Below, piece after piece: positions 28,221-40,205 of a stretch of DNA of 64,000 nucleotides. The position numbers were made by a program, and so were the translations under genes. Position 1 is the stretch's first letter. Each line of letters starts with the position of its first letter. The notes under the pieces are model-generated. The model was not told the DNA's origin and searched no databases. It was given only the letters and a program-made list of their open reading frames with translations. Source of the DNA: Stegostoma tigrinum (lineage: Eukaryota); assembly GCF_030684315.1 (NCBI RefSeq), contig NC_081357.1:95038930-95102929 (forward strand). Reading direction: 5' to 3'.

Positions 28221-28472
28221 CGACCGTACGCACGCGCAGTCACTGCCGCCTGGTTCGCCCCACCCCAACCAAAGGGCACAGTTTGCGCACGCGCTGTCGC
28301 TCATGGTGCCGGCACTCCCGTTTTAAGCATGCGCATTTACAGAGGCGGTGGTGCGCTTCCATATTGCGCAGGTGCATAGTGCTCCTTCAGCTCCGCACTG
28401 TTATACCTGCAGCTTGACAGTCTTCCGGCGGCTGTGCGCATGAGCATTCTGCTGAGAGAGGCTGTGGTTGGG
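28220..28472. promoter_or_regulatory. Bidirectional CpG-island promoter of HEATR5B/GPATCH11
   Basis: CpG-rich; NRF1-like motifs at 28229, 28284, 28327, 28365 and 28435; ETS-like CTTCCGG near 28422; lies between divergent first exons. Confidence 0.85.
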
Positions 28473-28552
28473 ATGATGGCGGCTTCGAGTGCGCGGCAGG
28501 ACGAGTCGGAGGAGAAAGATGATTACATGTCGGATGTGTTCGTCAATCTGCA
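28473..28552 (+). CDS. GPATCH11: GPATCH11 coding exon 1 (MMAASSARQDESEEKDDYMSDVFVNL)
   Basis: Characteristic DDYMSD motif; CA|gtaag donor; the start could be ATG 28473 or 28476. Confidence 0.93.
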
Positions 28553-29043
28553 GTAAGAATTCGAATAGACGCCGGGTTTTGGGCCTAATCGTAGAGGGTA
28601 CTGATGTTAAACGTGTTGAACAGAGACAGAAAAACCAAAGAACTGAGGATGCTGGAAATCAGAAACAAAAACAGAAATTGCTGAAGAAAACTCAGCAGGT
28701 CAGGCAGCGTCTGTGAAGAGAAAGCAGAGTTAACCTTTCGGGCCTAGTCACCCTTCTCCAGTTCTCAAGTTAACTCTGCTTTCCCTCCACAGGTGCTACC
28801 AGACCTGCTGAGTTTTTCAAACAGTTTCTGTTGATGAGAGACAGGCCGTACTACTGAAAGTGTTTAATCTCTATTTAGTAAACAACTTATTTCCCAGGCT
28901 TTTCTTAGCTGCTATGAGTGCTGAAGAGAGTCGCTAGACCTGAAAGGTTAACTTTGCTTTCTGTGCACAGATGCTACTGATTTTCTTCTAGTGAAATAGT
29001 TGTCGCTTTAGCTGAAAGTAGTTACAATAATTTGTTCATGTTA

Positions 29044-31438
29044 CAGAACATAGAACAATACAGTGCAGAACAGGCCCTTCAGCCCTCGATGTTGTGCCGA
29101 CCTGTGAAATAATCTAGGCCCATCCCCCTACACTATCCCATCATCATCCATATGGTTATCCAAGGACTGTTTAAATGCCCCAAATGTGGCTGAGTTAACT
29201 AAGTTGGCAGCTGGGGCATTCCACGCCCTCACCACTCTGAGTAAAGAACCTGCCCTTGCCATCTGCCTTAAATCTATCATCCCTCAATTTGCAGCTATGC
29301 CCCCTCATACAAGCCGAAGTCGTCATTCTAGGAAAACGATTCTCACTGTCACCTATCTAATCCTCTGATCACCTTGTATGTCTCTATTAAATCCCCTCTT
29401 AGCCTTCTTTTCTCCAATGAGAACAGACCCAAGTCCCTCACCCTTTCCTCATAAGATCTTCACTCCAAACCAGGCAGCATCCAGGTAAATCTCCTCTGCA
29501 CCTTTTCCAATGCTTCCACATCCTTCTTGTAATGGGGTGACCAGAACTGTATGCAATATTCCAAGTGAGGCTGCAAAGGTGTTTTGTACAGTTGCAGCAT
29601 GACATCACGGCTCTGGAACTCAATCCCTCTACCAATAAAACCTAACACACCGTATGCCTTCTTAACAGCACGATCAACCTGGGTGGCAACTTTCAGGGAT
29701 CTATGTACATGGACACCAAGATCGCTCTGCACATCCACACTACCAAGAATCTTTCCATTGACCCAGTATTCTGCCTTCCTATTATTCTTCCCAAAGTGAA
29801 TCACCACATTTATCTGCATCGAACTCCATTTGCCACCTTTCAGCCCAATTCTGCAGTTTATTCAAGTCTCCCTGCAACCTGCAAAATTCTTCCACACTGT
29901 CCACCACTCCATCAACTTTAGTGTCATCTGCAAACTTACTAACCCATCCACCTATGCCTGAGTCCAAGTCATGTATAAAAATGGCAAACAGCAGTGGTCC
30001 CAAAACAGATCCTTGAGGCACACCACTAGTAACCGGACTCCAGGTCGAATATTTTCCATCAACCACCACGTGTTGCCTTCTTATAGAAAGCCAGTTTCTA
30101 ATCCAAACTGCTAAATCGCCCTCAATCCCATGCCTCTCTATTTTCTCCAAAAGCCTACCATATGGAACCTTATCAAAGGCTTTACTGAAGCCCATGTACA
30201 CCACGTCAACTGCCCTACCTTCATCCACATGATTGGTCATCTTCTCAAAAAACTCAGAGGTTTGTGAGACATGACCTGCCCTTGACAAATCCATTTTGAC
30301 TATCTCCAATCAAATTGTTGCTTGCTAGATTATTATAAATCCTATCTTTTCCCTACAACAGACATAAGGCTCACTGGTCTATAATTACCTGGGTCATCTC
30401 TACTGCCCTTCTTAAACAAGGACACAACATTTGCAATCCTCCAGTCCTCTGGTACTAAACCTGTAGACAATGACGACTCAAAGATCAAGGCCAAAGGCTC
30501 CGCCATCTACTCCTTAGCTGCCCAGAGAATCCTCGGAAAAATCCCATCCGGCACCGGGGATTTATCTACCTTCACACTTTCTAGAATTGATAACACCTCC
30601 TTACTAATCTCAATCCTTTCTATTCTAGTAGCTTGTATCTCAGTCTTCTCCTCTACAATATTTTCCTTTTCCTGAGTGAAAACAGATGAGAAATATTCGT
30701 TTAGCACCTCTCCAATCTCCACCGTGTTCACACATAACTTCCCACTTCTGTCTTTGACTGGCCCTATTCCTACCTTAGTCATCCTTTTATTCCTCACATA
30801 CTTATAGAAAGCTTTAGGGTTCTCCTTTATTCTACCTGCTAATGACTGCTCATGTCCCCTCCTTGCTCTTAACTTTCTCTTTAAATCCTTCCTAGCTAAT
30901 CTGTAACTCTCCATCGTCTCATCTGAACCATCTCGTCACAACGTCACATGAGCTTCCCTCTTCTGCTTAACAAGAGATACAATTTCTTTAGTAAACCACG
31001 GTTCCCTTACCTTATCACTTCCTCCCTGCCTGACAGGGACATACCTATCAAGGACACGCAATATCTGTTCCTTAAACCAGCTCCACCTTTTGATTGTCCC
31101 CATCTCCTGCATTATGCTACCCCATTCTATGCCTCCTAAGTCTTGCCTAATCGCATTATAATTGCCCTTCCCCCATCTATAACTCTTGCCCTGTGGCATG
31201 TTCCTATCCCTTTCCATCGCTAAACTAAATGTAACTGAATTATGGTCACTGTCTCTCCAAAGTGCTCACCTACCACTAAATCAAACATCTGGCCTGGTTC
31301 ATTACCTAGTACCAGATCCAGTGTAGTCTTCCCTGTTGTCGGCCTTTCGACATACTGTATCAGGAGACCCTCCTGCACACATTGGACAAAAACTGATCCA
31401 TCCAACGTACTAGAGTTATAGCATTTCCAGTCAATGTT
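29044..31438 (-). mobile_element. Young 5'-truncated CR1 LINE in GPATCH11 intron 1
   Basis: End of endonuclease (FVQCVQE...PT...LDLVLGN) through the RT in ORFs 31405-29438; TTCTATG-type tail. Confidence 0.93.
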
Positions 31439-32516
31439 GTTTTAAACATGACAGAACTAATACCATTGTAATGTTAAATACATTAAGCAGTGATGTATGA
31501 ATTCACAGAACTTATAATAATACAATGACTTGTCACACTGTGGTAAGATAGAGGCAGAGTACGATTTGCTGCAATTTATAGAATATTTATGAGATTGCAC
31601 TTGCAGTGCTGTGTACAGTTTCAGATCCCTTGCATATGGGAAGTATTACTTGCCTTAGAGTTCATCAGACAGATCACTGTGATGACAGATTGTCTTGTGA
31701 AGATTGTTTAAGGAAACTAGGCCTATATTCTTTAAAATTTAGATGACTAAGAAATGATCTCCTTCAAGCTTATGAAATGCTTATAGGATTCTAGTTAGAT
31801 GCAGGAACAATATTTTTCCTCACTAGGGAATCCAGAACTAGGATACACAGTCTTGGAGTAAGCACTGGCCATTAATCAGATGAGGAATTTCTTCACTCAG
31901 GGTGGTGAATCATCAGCGGTCTGTGGAAGCTCAGCCATTGACGACAGCTATTAATAGATTTCTACAAAATATCAAGAGATAAGAAGATAGCACGGAGGTA
32001 GAAAATCAGCCGTGATATACTGAAATGGTGAAGCAGACTTGAGGGGCTGAATGGTTTGCTCCTATGTTTGTGGCAATGAACTAGAACTACTTTTGACACG
32101 TATTCACTCTAGTTTCATAGGCACATATGGTACCCTAGTTTGCACACACCCATGTTCCCACAAACAGCAACCAGATGATAATTTAAGCTGTTCTAGTAAT
32201 ATTGAATGTTGTCCAGGGCAATGGGGAAGAGATCTCCTACTTGATGATTGTTGTTTGTTTTCCTGGATGTGGGCAGTGCTACCATTTATTGACTGCGTTA
32301 GTTGAAAACTAAAATAGATGCCCTCTACTAGTGACTGTACACAATATTCAAATAGCCACAAACATGTGCACACAAAGAAATGGGGCTTCTCAAGCAACTG
32401 CTCACTGAGCAGCCTGAAACCATGTCGCAGCAAGGGAAAGCTAATGCCTTTGATTGCAAGGCAAAGAAATTTGGCAGAGAAAATTAAAGGTAATGGTGCT
32501 ATTTGTGTTCACCTAG

Positions 32517-32743
32517 GCAGGATGTTAAACCAGGACTGATAATGGTAAGGAGAGTGAAGGAAGAAATCCTTAAGCGAGAGCGTGCAATGGAATTGATCCT
32601 GGAAAACAAGCAGAAGAGCAAAAAAGAAGAGGAGAAAGAGAGGCGTGAGACTAAATTACAGAGCTCATTAGGAAGTGAAAACAAGGGCTTCACGTTGCTT
32701 CAGAAGATGGGATATAAAGAAGGTCATGGTCTTGGCAAAAGTG
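32517..32743 (+). CDS. GPATCH11: GPATCH11 coding exon 2 (coiled coil and start of G-patch, NKGFTLLQKMGYKEGHGLGKSG)
   Basis: G-patch motif; tag|G acceptor, G|gtacgt donor, 227 nt. Confidence 0.96.
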
Positions 32744-34112
32744 GTACGTTTTCAGTCACTTGGACCTAATACACGGTTTTGAGGTGTGTGTGTTGACAGT
32801 TGCATTTAATCGAAATACTTAAGGACTTTGTTGTGAATTGCAATGATAAAGTCTCAAATATAATATGACAAACAAAGATAATTTCATTTTTAAAAAAATC
32901 ATTGGTTTTGTAGGATTTCAATGTGTACTATCATTTCATGTTATCACAACAACTATAAACAGGGTAAAATATTGCAAGGTGTTTTACAAGGACATAACAT
33001 AAAACAAAATTCAATACCACTTCTGCATCGGGAGATTGGAAGACAGGTGATCAGAAGCTTGGGCAAGTGGGTAGGTCTGAAGGAATGCCTGACAGGAGGA
33101 AAGAGGTCATGAGGCATTTGTTGGAGGCTGGAGGGATTTCTAAAGCTTAGAGCCCAGCCAGTTGCTTGCAAGGCCACCTCTTTTGGGGCATGGAAAATTA
33201 GGGATTCTTAATTGGCTGGAATTGGAAAAGACCTTCAGTTGAAGAAATCTTGGAAAGTTGTCGAGCTGAAGGAGGAAACTGAGACAGAGATGAAGTAGCA
33301 AGACATTGGAGCAAGGAGGATTCCGGATCTGCAGAAGCTAGGTTTATATGCTAAACGGAATAAAATATCCCCAGACTAAATTCATAAGTGGAAGAAAAGA
33401 AAGCAAATCTTAAGTAAGATAATGGTCATGTTTACGTGCTCATCTGGCTTTGAGTTTAATGTAATGGAGGCACTCCAATGACATTGCTCACTTGCATCAG
33501 TGTTTTTTTCATTCTGCTTCATTTATAGTCATGACTGCAGAATTGGCTTGCCTAAGAACGGAGAAAGTGGAGATGGACGTCTTGTGCTTCAGCCTGTTCT
33601 GCCATTTAATCAGATTGTAGACGACCTGGATCTTAAACCCATACACCCACTTTGGTTTTGTATCCCTCAATGCAATTGCCTAATAAAAAAACCACATCAG
33701 TGTCAATTTTGACATCTGTAAATTAACCCAATTGTCAATAGATCTTTGTGGCGGCGTGGGAGGGGCCGCAAGGTTTCCAACACCTTGAGTGTGGAATTGT
33801 TTCCTGAAATGACCTAGTTCTACTCTAAGGTTATGTTGCCAAACACCGACACATGTGCTGTCTCTTTATCTTCCTTTTCCCACAGCCCAATAGTTCTATT
33901 TTACATAATCCATCCTTTCTTTCTCATGTTGTAAAAGGTACTTCCTCTTAAAAGCATTCCTGCTCTTTCTCTCAACCACTGAATTCCATGTCCCAACTGC
34001 CCAGGTCAAGAAGTTTCTTCTAAATTCTTCACAAGATTATTAGTGATTAGTAAATTATACAATTTATGTGTATATCGTTAAAATCTCTAAGTACAATAAT
34101 TTGCTTTTTCAG

Positions 34113-34154
34113 GAAATGGAATTGTTGAACCTATTCCACTGCAGATTAAGACCG
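34113..34154 (+). CDS. GPATCH11: GPATCH11 coding exon 3 (NGIVEPIPLQIKT)
   Basis: tttttcag| acceptor, G|gtgagt donor, 42 nt; G-patch GIVEPI motif. Confidence 0.94.
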
Positions 34155-35574
34155 GTGAGTTAATCCCATTTTGCCATGATTTTTTAGAGATGCCACCATT
34201 CTCTATTTGCAACAAAGCTTATCCTCGAGCAACATTGATATGCATTGAGAAAGAGAGCTAATTGTGTTTGGGAGTATTGAGATTCAGTTCTCATTCCAAA
34301 GCTACCATGCCAACGATTCTGGTACAGATATGTCAAAGGACTTCATTTCAATAATCTACACATTACAGAACAAAGAATAGTTGAATTGTTCAGAGTTGTG
34401 TGGGAAAGACGTTGTGGGAGCAGGAGTTGGGTTTAACAAATGATGGGTTTGGTGAGAAGAATAATCTGGGAAATTGGAGAAGGGAGTAATGGGAAATTGG
34501 GGTAGGTATTGAAGTGTGTCTGTCTTCTGGATTGGGTTTTTATACCTTAGTGTGAAACATCCTCCTTTTGCCAGTTGCTTTCTTTATCAACATGTTTTGT
34601 CCTTTCTGTTTTGGTTTCTATTCTAGCCATGTTTCAATGATGTGTTTGTTGTACACACATTGAGAAAGGGCAGGCTGATGTGTATGAGGGAGATGCAGAA
34701 GTGAATTAATGGTATCAGCCCAGACACAATGAAATGGGAAACAGTTGTACAGTGATGGATACCCACCCATGGAAGGTGACCAGGCTGAGCAATAGTGTGG
34801 CCATACAATGATGTTCCATGAGTTTGCTGCTAGTAAAGCACCTGTGGTGCAAGTCTGGTAGAGAGAGTTAATTAACTCTCTGAAGTAGTCAGTTTGATTG
34901 GCATCTTCCTCCGGTTTCTGTTGGTGTCAAAAATCTCCAAGAATAGTGAAACAAAAGAGGAGGAGAAAGGATTCTTCATCTTGATGTAAGAATGCAAGAG
35001 GCAAGGATATGATGTTGGGATAGTTTGAGAGATCAGGAATAAAGCAGTTGTGTGTGGTTGAGGATGACTGATAGATGCTATTTGTATATTACCTGTCTTT
35101 AACTTAGACAGTTTATTGGCATTAGCTGTGGATTGTGTCCTTAAGTATTGTTTCTGTAGTGTAGTGGTTGTCATGATTACTTCACACACGAGGTCCCTGT
35201 TTCAAAACCAGGCCTACGTATTATCATGAATTGTTTCTGTTACACTGGGGAACTGTTGCCTGATTGATCTTTCTCGTGACACAGTGGGTACCATCCCTAT
35301 CTGTGAGCCAGACAGTCTGGGTAAAAGTCTCACCTTCCTGAGGAATGTCACCGCATTTCTGGACAGGTTGTTTAAAAATGACTTCTCCTAATTAGATAAA
35401 CTGGAAGTGTGGTTAGTCGATGCTTGCTGGAAGACAAGTATGTGAAATGTACTTTAATAATAAACAGCAATGCTGCAAACCTTTTCATAAAGGGTAGCAA
35501 CATTTCTGATAAGGAACACGAATGAGGCTGACTTGATATATGAGCTGTCGATGAATGACGTTTTATTATTGCAG

Positions 35575-35695
35575 GACGTGCTGGAATTGGCCATGAGGCA
35601 GCACAGAAACGGAAAGCCGAGGAAAAGGTAGAACACAGCAAACAAATGTCACAAATGAAAAAACGAGCAGAAGAATTTGCCCTTAATGAATATAG
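35575..35695 (+). CDS. GPATCH11: GPATCH11 coding exon 4 (RAGIGHEAAQKRKAEEK...NEYR)
   Basis: gcag| acceptor, AG|gtactg donor, 121 nt; ends the G-patch (GIG). Confidence 0.94.
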
Positions 35696-36915
35696 GTACT
35701 GTGCATGCCGGACTGACATTTAATTTTTCAAAATTATGTTTTTATTAAAAATTTGATAATTCAGCTAAAGGAAAAGAACAGTTTGTAAATTGTATCTATT
35801 TCAAAACTTAAGCATAATGTAACATCACAAGATGTTTACCAATTTATTCTGACATAAATTTCTTCAAAATTTATAATGTCACCTGCCTATGTGAGCCTAT
35901 CACACTATAATTATAGCTATCTTAATAGTGGGGCCACTGCAGTGTCATCTCTGAGAATTGTATAATTACAGCATATTGTGTTTATAGGATGCAACTTCAG
36001 CATTTGCAGTTGACACAAGACTTGTTGAAGAATGAAAATTGGGGATGCTCAAGAGACTAGAATTGGAGAAGGCCTTCGGTTTGAGAAATCTTGGAAGGTT
36101 ATAGAATTGAATCAGGAAGTATTGTGAACGGTGAGGAGGACGGTGACAGACTTTGAGGGCAGACAGGCTGGTGGAATAGGCAAAGGCATGTTAGATAAAG
36201 TTTAATGCTGTGAAGTGAGGTGAAGAGAGGCAACATGAACTAATTTGTACAATCCATCTTCCCTCTAAGCTGCGTAGCCATGCAGCTGCAACGAGGCTCC
36301 AAGGTTTCAGGCAGCCCCAGTTGACAATTTCAGATCTATACATTGAAAAAAAATTGGAGGGGGTAGAAGTATAATTCTAAAACAGCAATGGAACACTGGT
36401 GGCATATGTCTACAAATTACTAAAGGTAGCAGGCATTGAGCAAGTGGCTAAAAAGGAATTTCGAATCCTGGGGTTTATAAATAGAAATATGGAATACAAA
36501 AGCATGAGTTTTGATGAGCCCTTTTAAAGCTCTGATTTGGCCTCAACTGAAGCATTGTGTTCAATTCTAGGAATTGTACTTTGGAAAGACATGAATCTGT
36601 TTTGAGAAGTTTTTTTTTAAATCACTGCACCAGTGGCAGTTTTACTTTCAGTTTTCGAGGCCTTAAGCTCTCGAATTCCATCTTGAAACCTCTCCACCTC
36701 TCTAACTCTTTCATTGCTTTAAAACCTGCCTGTTTCACTAAATTTTTGGTCATCTATCCTAATAGCTTGAGGTAGCTTAGTGCAAATATTGTTTGCCAAT
36801 ACTCCTGTGAAATTTCCTTGGGTCATTTTCTATCTGTGTTATTGTTCAGACTTGATGGTGCTTTTAAAAATCAACTTGTGGTTTCAAAAAGCTGTTTAAT
36901 TTCTGGCTTTCCCAG

Positions 36916-37006
36916 GCTACAGGTCAGGAAAAAAAAGGATCAACTTCAAATGGAAGGAGACTTAAGGAAGAGTCAAGTTGCCTGTCAACAGCTGGATTTA
37001 CAAAAG
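36916..37006 (+). CDS. GPATCH11: GPATCH11 coding exon 5 (LQVRKKKDQLQMEGDLRKSQVACQQLDLQK)
   Basis: cccag| acceptor, AAG|gtatcc donor, 91 nt. Confidence 0.95.
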
Positions 37007-37512
37007 GTATCCCAACTGTCACCATGGATATAAGAACCATTATAGGAGACCATTCAGCCTTTAATACCTGTTGAGCCATTCAGTTAGATCAGGGTTATCT
37101 GTGCCTCAATTTCATTTATTCTTAGCTGCCTGTCCCTTGTAGCACAAACGGTTGAGTCTGACCCTCCCTTAAACTTGTTTGAGTAATTACAAGCCCAATT
37201 CATGCAACCTGGTCTCGTAAGTTAACTTCCTGTGCCCTGGTATCGTTCTGGTGGCTTTCTTTTGAGGTGTCAATAAAGGTTCAATGTTAGAATCTCTGTG
37301 GTGCAGAAGGCTTGAGATCACGTCATTTCTGAAATTTGGAATTTTCTGAGTTAAAGAATGATGTTGTAATGCTTAGTGAGTGAACTGGAAAATGCCATAA
37401 ATATGCCAAGATTGCAGCATGAAAATAAGCCTTTGAAATCTTGAGGAATCCTTCCAAAAATGGGAATCCACTTGCACGCTGAATGTAAAATATTACCTGA
37501 AGCTAATCACCT

Positions 37513-37697
37513 TTTGCTGTGGTTGGTTTGTTGTTCTGCAGATGTTTCATTATCTTGCTGGGTTGGGAAACACAACTGCGCTTCATCAGAGGCTGCACTG
37601 ATGATGTTACCCAGCAAGTTAATGAAATGTCTGCAGAACAATGAACCAGCTCGGTGAGCCAACCATCCACGACCTGAGCTACAAATTTACTCAAAAA
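37513..37697 (+). mobile_element. Short fold-back element from a second Penelope-like family, with hammerhead core
   Basis: 10-bp TSD CTAATCACCT (37503-37512, 37698-37707); matches the 3' end of the 61957-63614 element. Confidence 0.8.
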
Positions 37698-37899
37698 CTA
37701 ATCACCTGTTGGTATAGTTTGAAATGTGAAAAAATTTCCAGTAATTCAAATTAAATCAATATGACACATTTCATTGAATGTGTTCTGCATGTATGTCTTT
37801 AACCACTATCAAAATATTTTCAAAACTGTAAAATTGATTGTCTTTGGCATCCAAAACAAACAGGTAACCTAATTCATTCTGACTTGTTTTACTTATGGC

Positions 37900-38582
37900 G
37901 CCATCATAAGGATTCCACGCAAGTTAACTTTTGGTACTTTTAGTTTGAAAATTATCGCTCCACAACAGATCATCTTCCTCTCCTTGTTGAACATGCTAAT
38001 CCACAGTTTTGAAACAATCTGATGCTATATTGTGCCTTAATAACAACTCACAATCTGATGACAAAACTCCAAGCAGGATTCCGTGTGAAGAATTTTTTTT
38101 CTTCTTGATCAACCATCCAATGATTTCATTTGGCACGAACATGATCCTCGAATGTCTTGTGGCTGCATACACTTAGGTTTATTTCTTAGTCAGTGCCTCT
38201 TTGTCTCAACAGTTATATGGAATCCGAACATGTCCTACACTAGTCAGCCATGTCCTTTATTCAGGCACCTTAGTCAGACAAAGAAGCACTGACTAAGAAA
38301 TAAACCTAAGTGTATGCAGCCACAAGACATTCGAGGATCATGTTCGTGCCAAATGAAATCATTGGATGGTTGATCAAGAAGAAAAAAAATTCTTCACACG
38401 GAATCCTGCTTGGAGTTTTGTCATCAGATTGTGAGTTGTTATTAAGGCACAATATAGCATCAGATTGTTTCAAAACTGTGGATTAGCATGCTCAACAAGG
38501 AGAGGAAGATGATCTGTTGTGGAGCGATAATTTTCAAACTAAAAGTACCAAAAGTTAACTTGCGTGGAATCCTTATGATGGC
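37900..38582. repeat. Long inverted repeat, 307-bp arms, 69-bp spacer
   Basis: 37900-38206 is the reverse complement of 38276-38582; two mismatches seen by eye. Confidence 0.95.
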
Positions 38583-39909
38583 ACTCCTTTTACCCAATAT
38601 TGATGCAAAACTAACTTTCCCCAACCACATGTAATCAAAGTCTATCTGACCGTTCATCACAGCTGCATTTTTCCAGTCCTAGTGTCAGCATCATAAATCG
38701 ACTCTATACCCTTGCTAATGCAGTTACTTTTTTTTTTCCGTAATGATTTGGCCAGAACTGCACACAATTCAAGTTGTGGTCAAACTAACTAAGGAAAAAT
38801 TTCATATGCTGCCTGAGCTACCTTACCAATCCTATGACTATCACTGAAGTTCTACAGACATTCACTTCAGTCTCTCGTAATTCTTCTCCCACTATTGTGG
38901 ATCCCTTTGGTTTGTTTGGCCTCCTCAAATGCATCAATTCACACTTCTCCAGGCTGAATTCCATTTGTCATTGCAACCTGCCTGGCCTGTGCGGCAGTTT
39001 TCAATAGAACTGTTTTTAGACCTTTCTTTTCTGCAGTTCATTTGTTAGATATGTTTTATTTACAATTCTAATGTTGAATTGCTGGAAACCAGTAATTTTA
39101 GCATCAAGATCTCTTAGTGGAGAGCAACTGATCTTGGTCTTCTGCTGCACAAACATTTTCATTCCATAAAGCAGCTACATGAGCAAGCTTTTGCTTTGAA
39201 GTTTTTGCAGGTCTACGGGTTTGATTTTGGTCCTTTCAAGTGCATAAATACGTATTGTTTTCTGGTGACGTAGTCATTTTGTGGCAATTTTCGAGGACCC
39301 TTTCCAATTCATGCTGCTGGATCAGGCCAATGGCTGCAACCTAAAACCATGGTGTATTTGGCTTCTTCTGCAGAACGAGTTCCTTCTTTCATGTTTGCAC
39401 CAGTTTTTCATTAATATTGAATTTTCTCACTGCAGTAGTTACTTGACACATCAGTAAGTGTTCCAGCTTTTGGCTTTAAACCAGTTTTGTGTGGGCATAT
39501 TTTAAGCACCTGTGTATTTTTTGTCAACATGGCCCATATTGCCACCTTGATCCCATGCACCAACTTGGAACTTATTTCTGAGTGTGGAGAATTTCTTGGC
39601 AGAAAGAGGGGTTTTAGCATAAATGCCAAATAGAGCTTGTATGAGAATTTTGGAGCTGACATAATGGAGTCATTTAGTACGTCAGATCACTCGAATGCTA
39701 GTGGCCTCAAATTCACATTCCCACCTACCTCCTAATAACCTTTGACTCCCATGTTAGTCAAAAATATATCTACTTATGCCTTAAAAGATATTCACCCACT
39801 GTCCCTTTACTGCTGTCAGGGGAAGACAGAGTTTCAAAGACTTGCCAGTCTCTGAGAGAGAAGATTCTACCTTGTCTTCCTCTTTAATGGGAGACTCCTT
39901 ATTTGTAAT

Positions 39910-40205
39910 AGGGGAGATGATGGCCTAGTTGTATTATCTCCCCTATGGTAGATGGTGGAATTTGAATTCAATTTTAAAATAAACTGGAATTAAAAGTTTA
40001 ATGATGACCCAAATCCGCTGTTGACAAAAAACCCATCTGGTTCACTAATGTCCTTTAGGGAAGGAAACTGTCATCCTTACCTGGTCTGGCCCACATGTGA
40101 CTTCAGACCCACAGCAATGTGGTTGACTTTTAATTGCCTTCTGGGCAATGAGAGATGGGCAGTAAATGCTGACCTAGCCAATGATGCCCTGATCCCATGA
40201 ATAAG
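39910..40205 (+). mobile_element. tRNA-derived SINE with L2-type 3' tail
   Basis: GGGGAGATGATGGCCTAGT head (A-box-like), recognisable shark SINE body, tail GGGCAGTAAATGCTG...CCCATGAATAA. Confidence 0.7.

Noticed and set aside
27546-28417. Overlapping ORFs around the CpG island
   Set aside because: Expected from GC-rich, stop-poor sequence; no recognisable protein.
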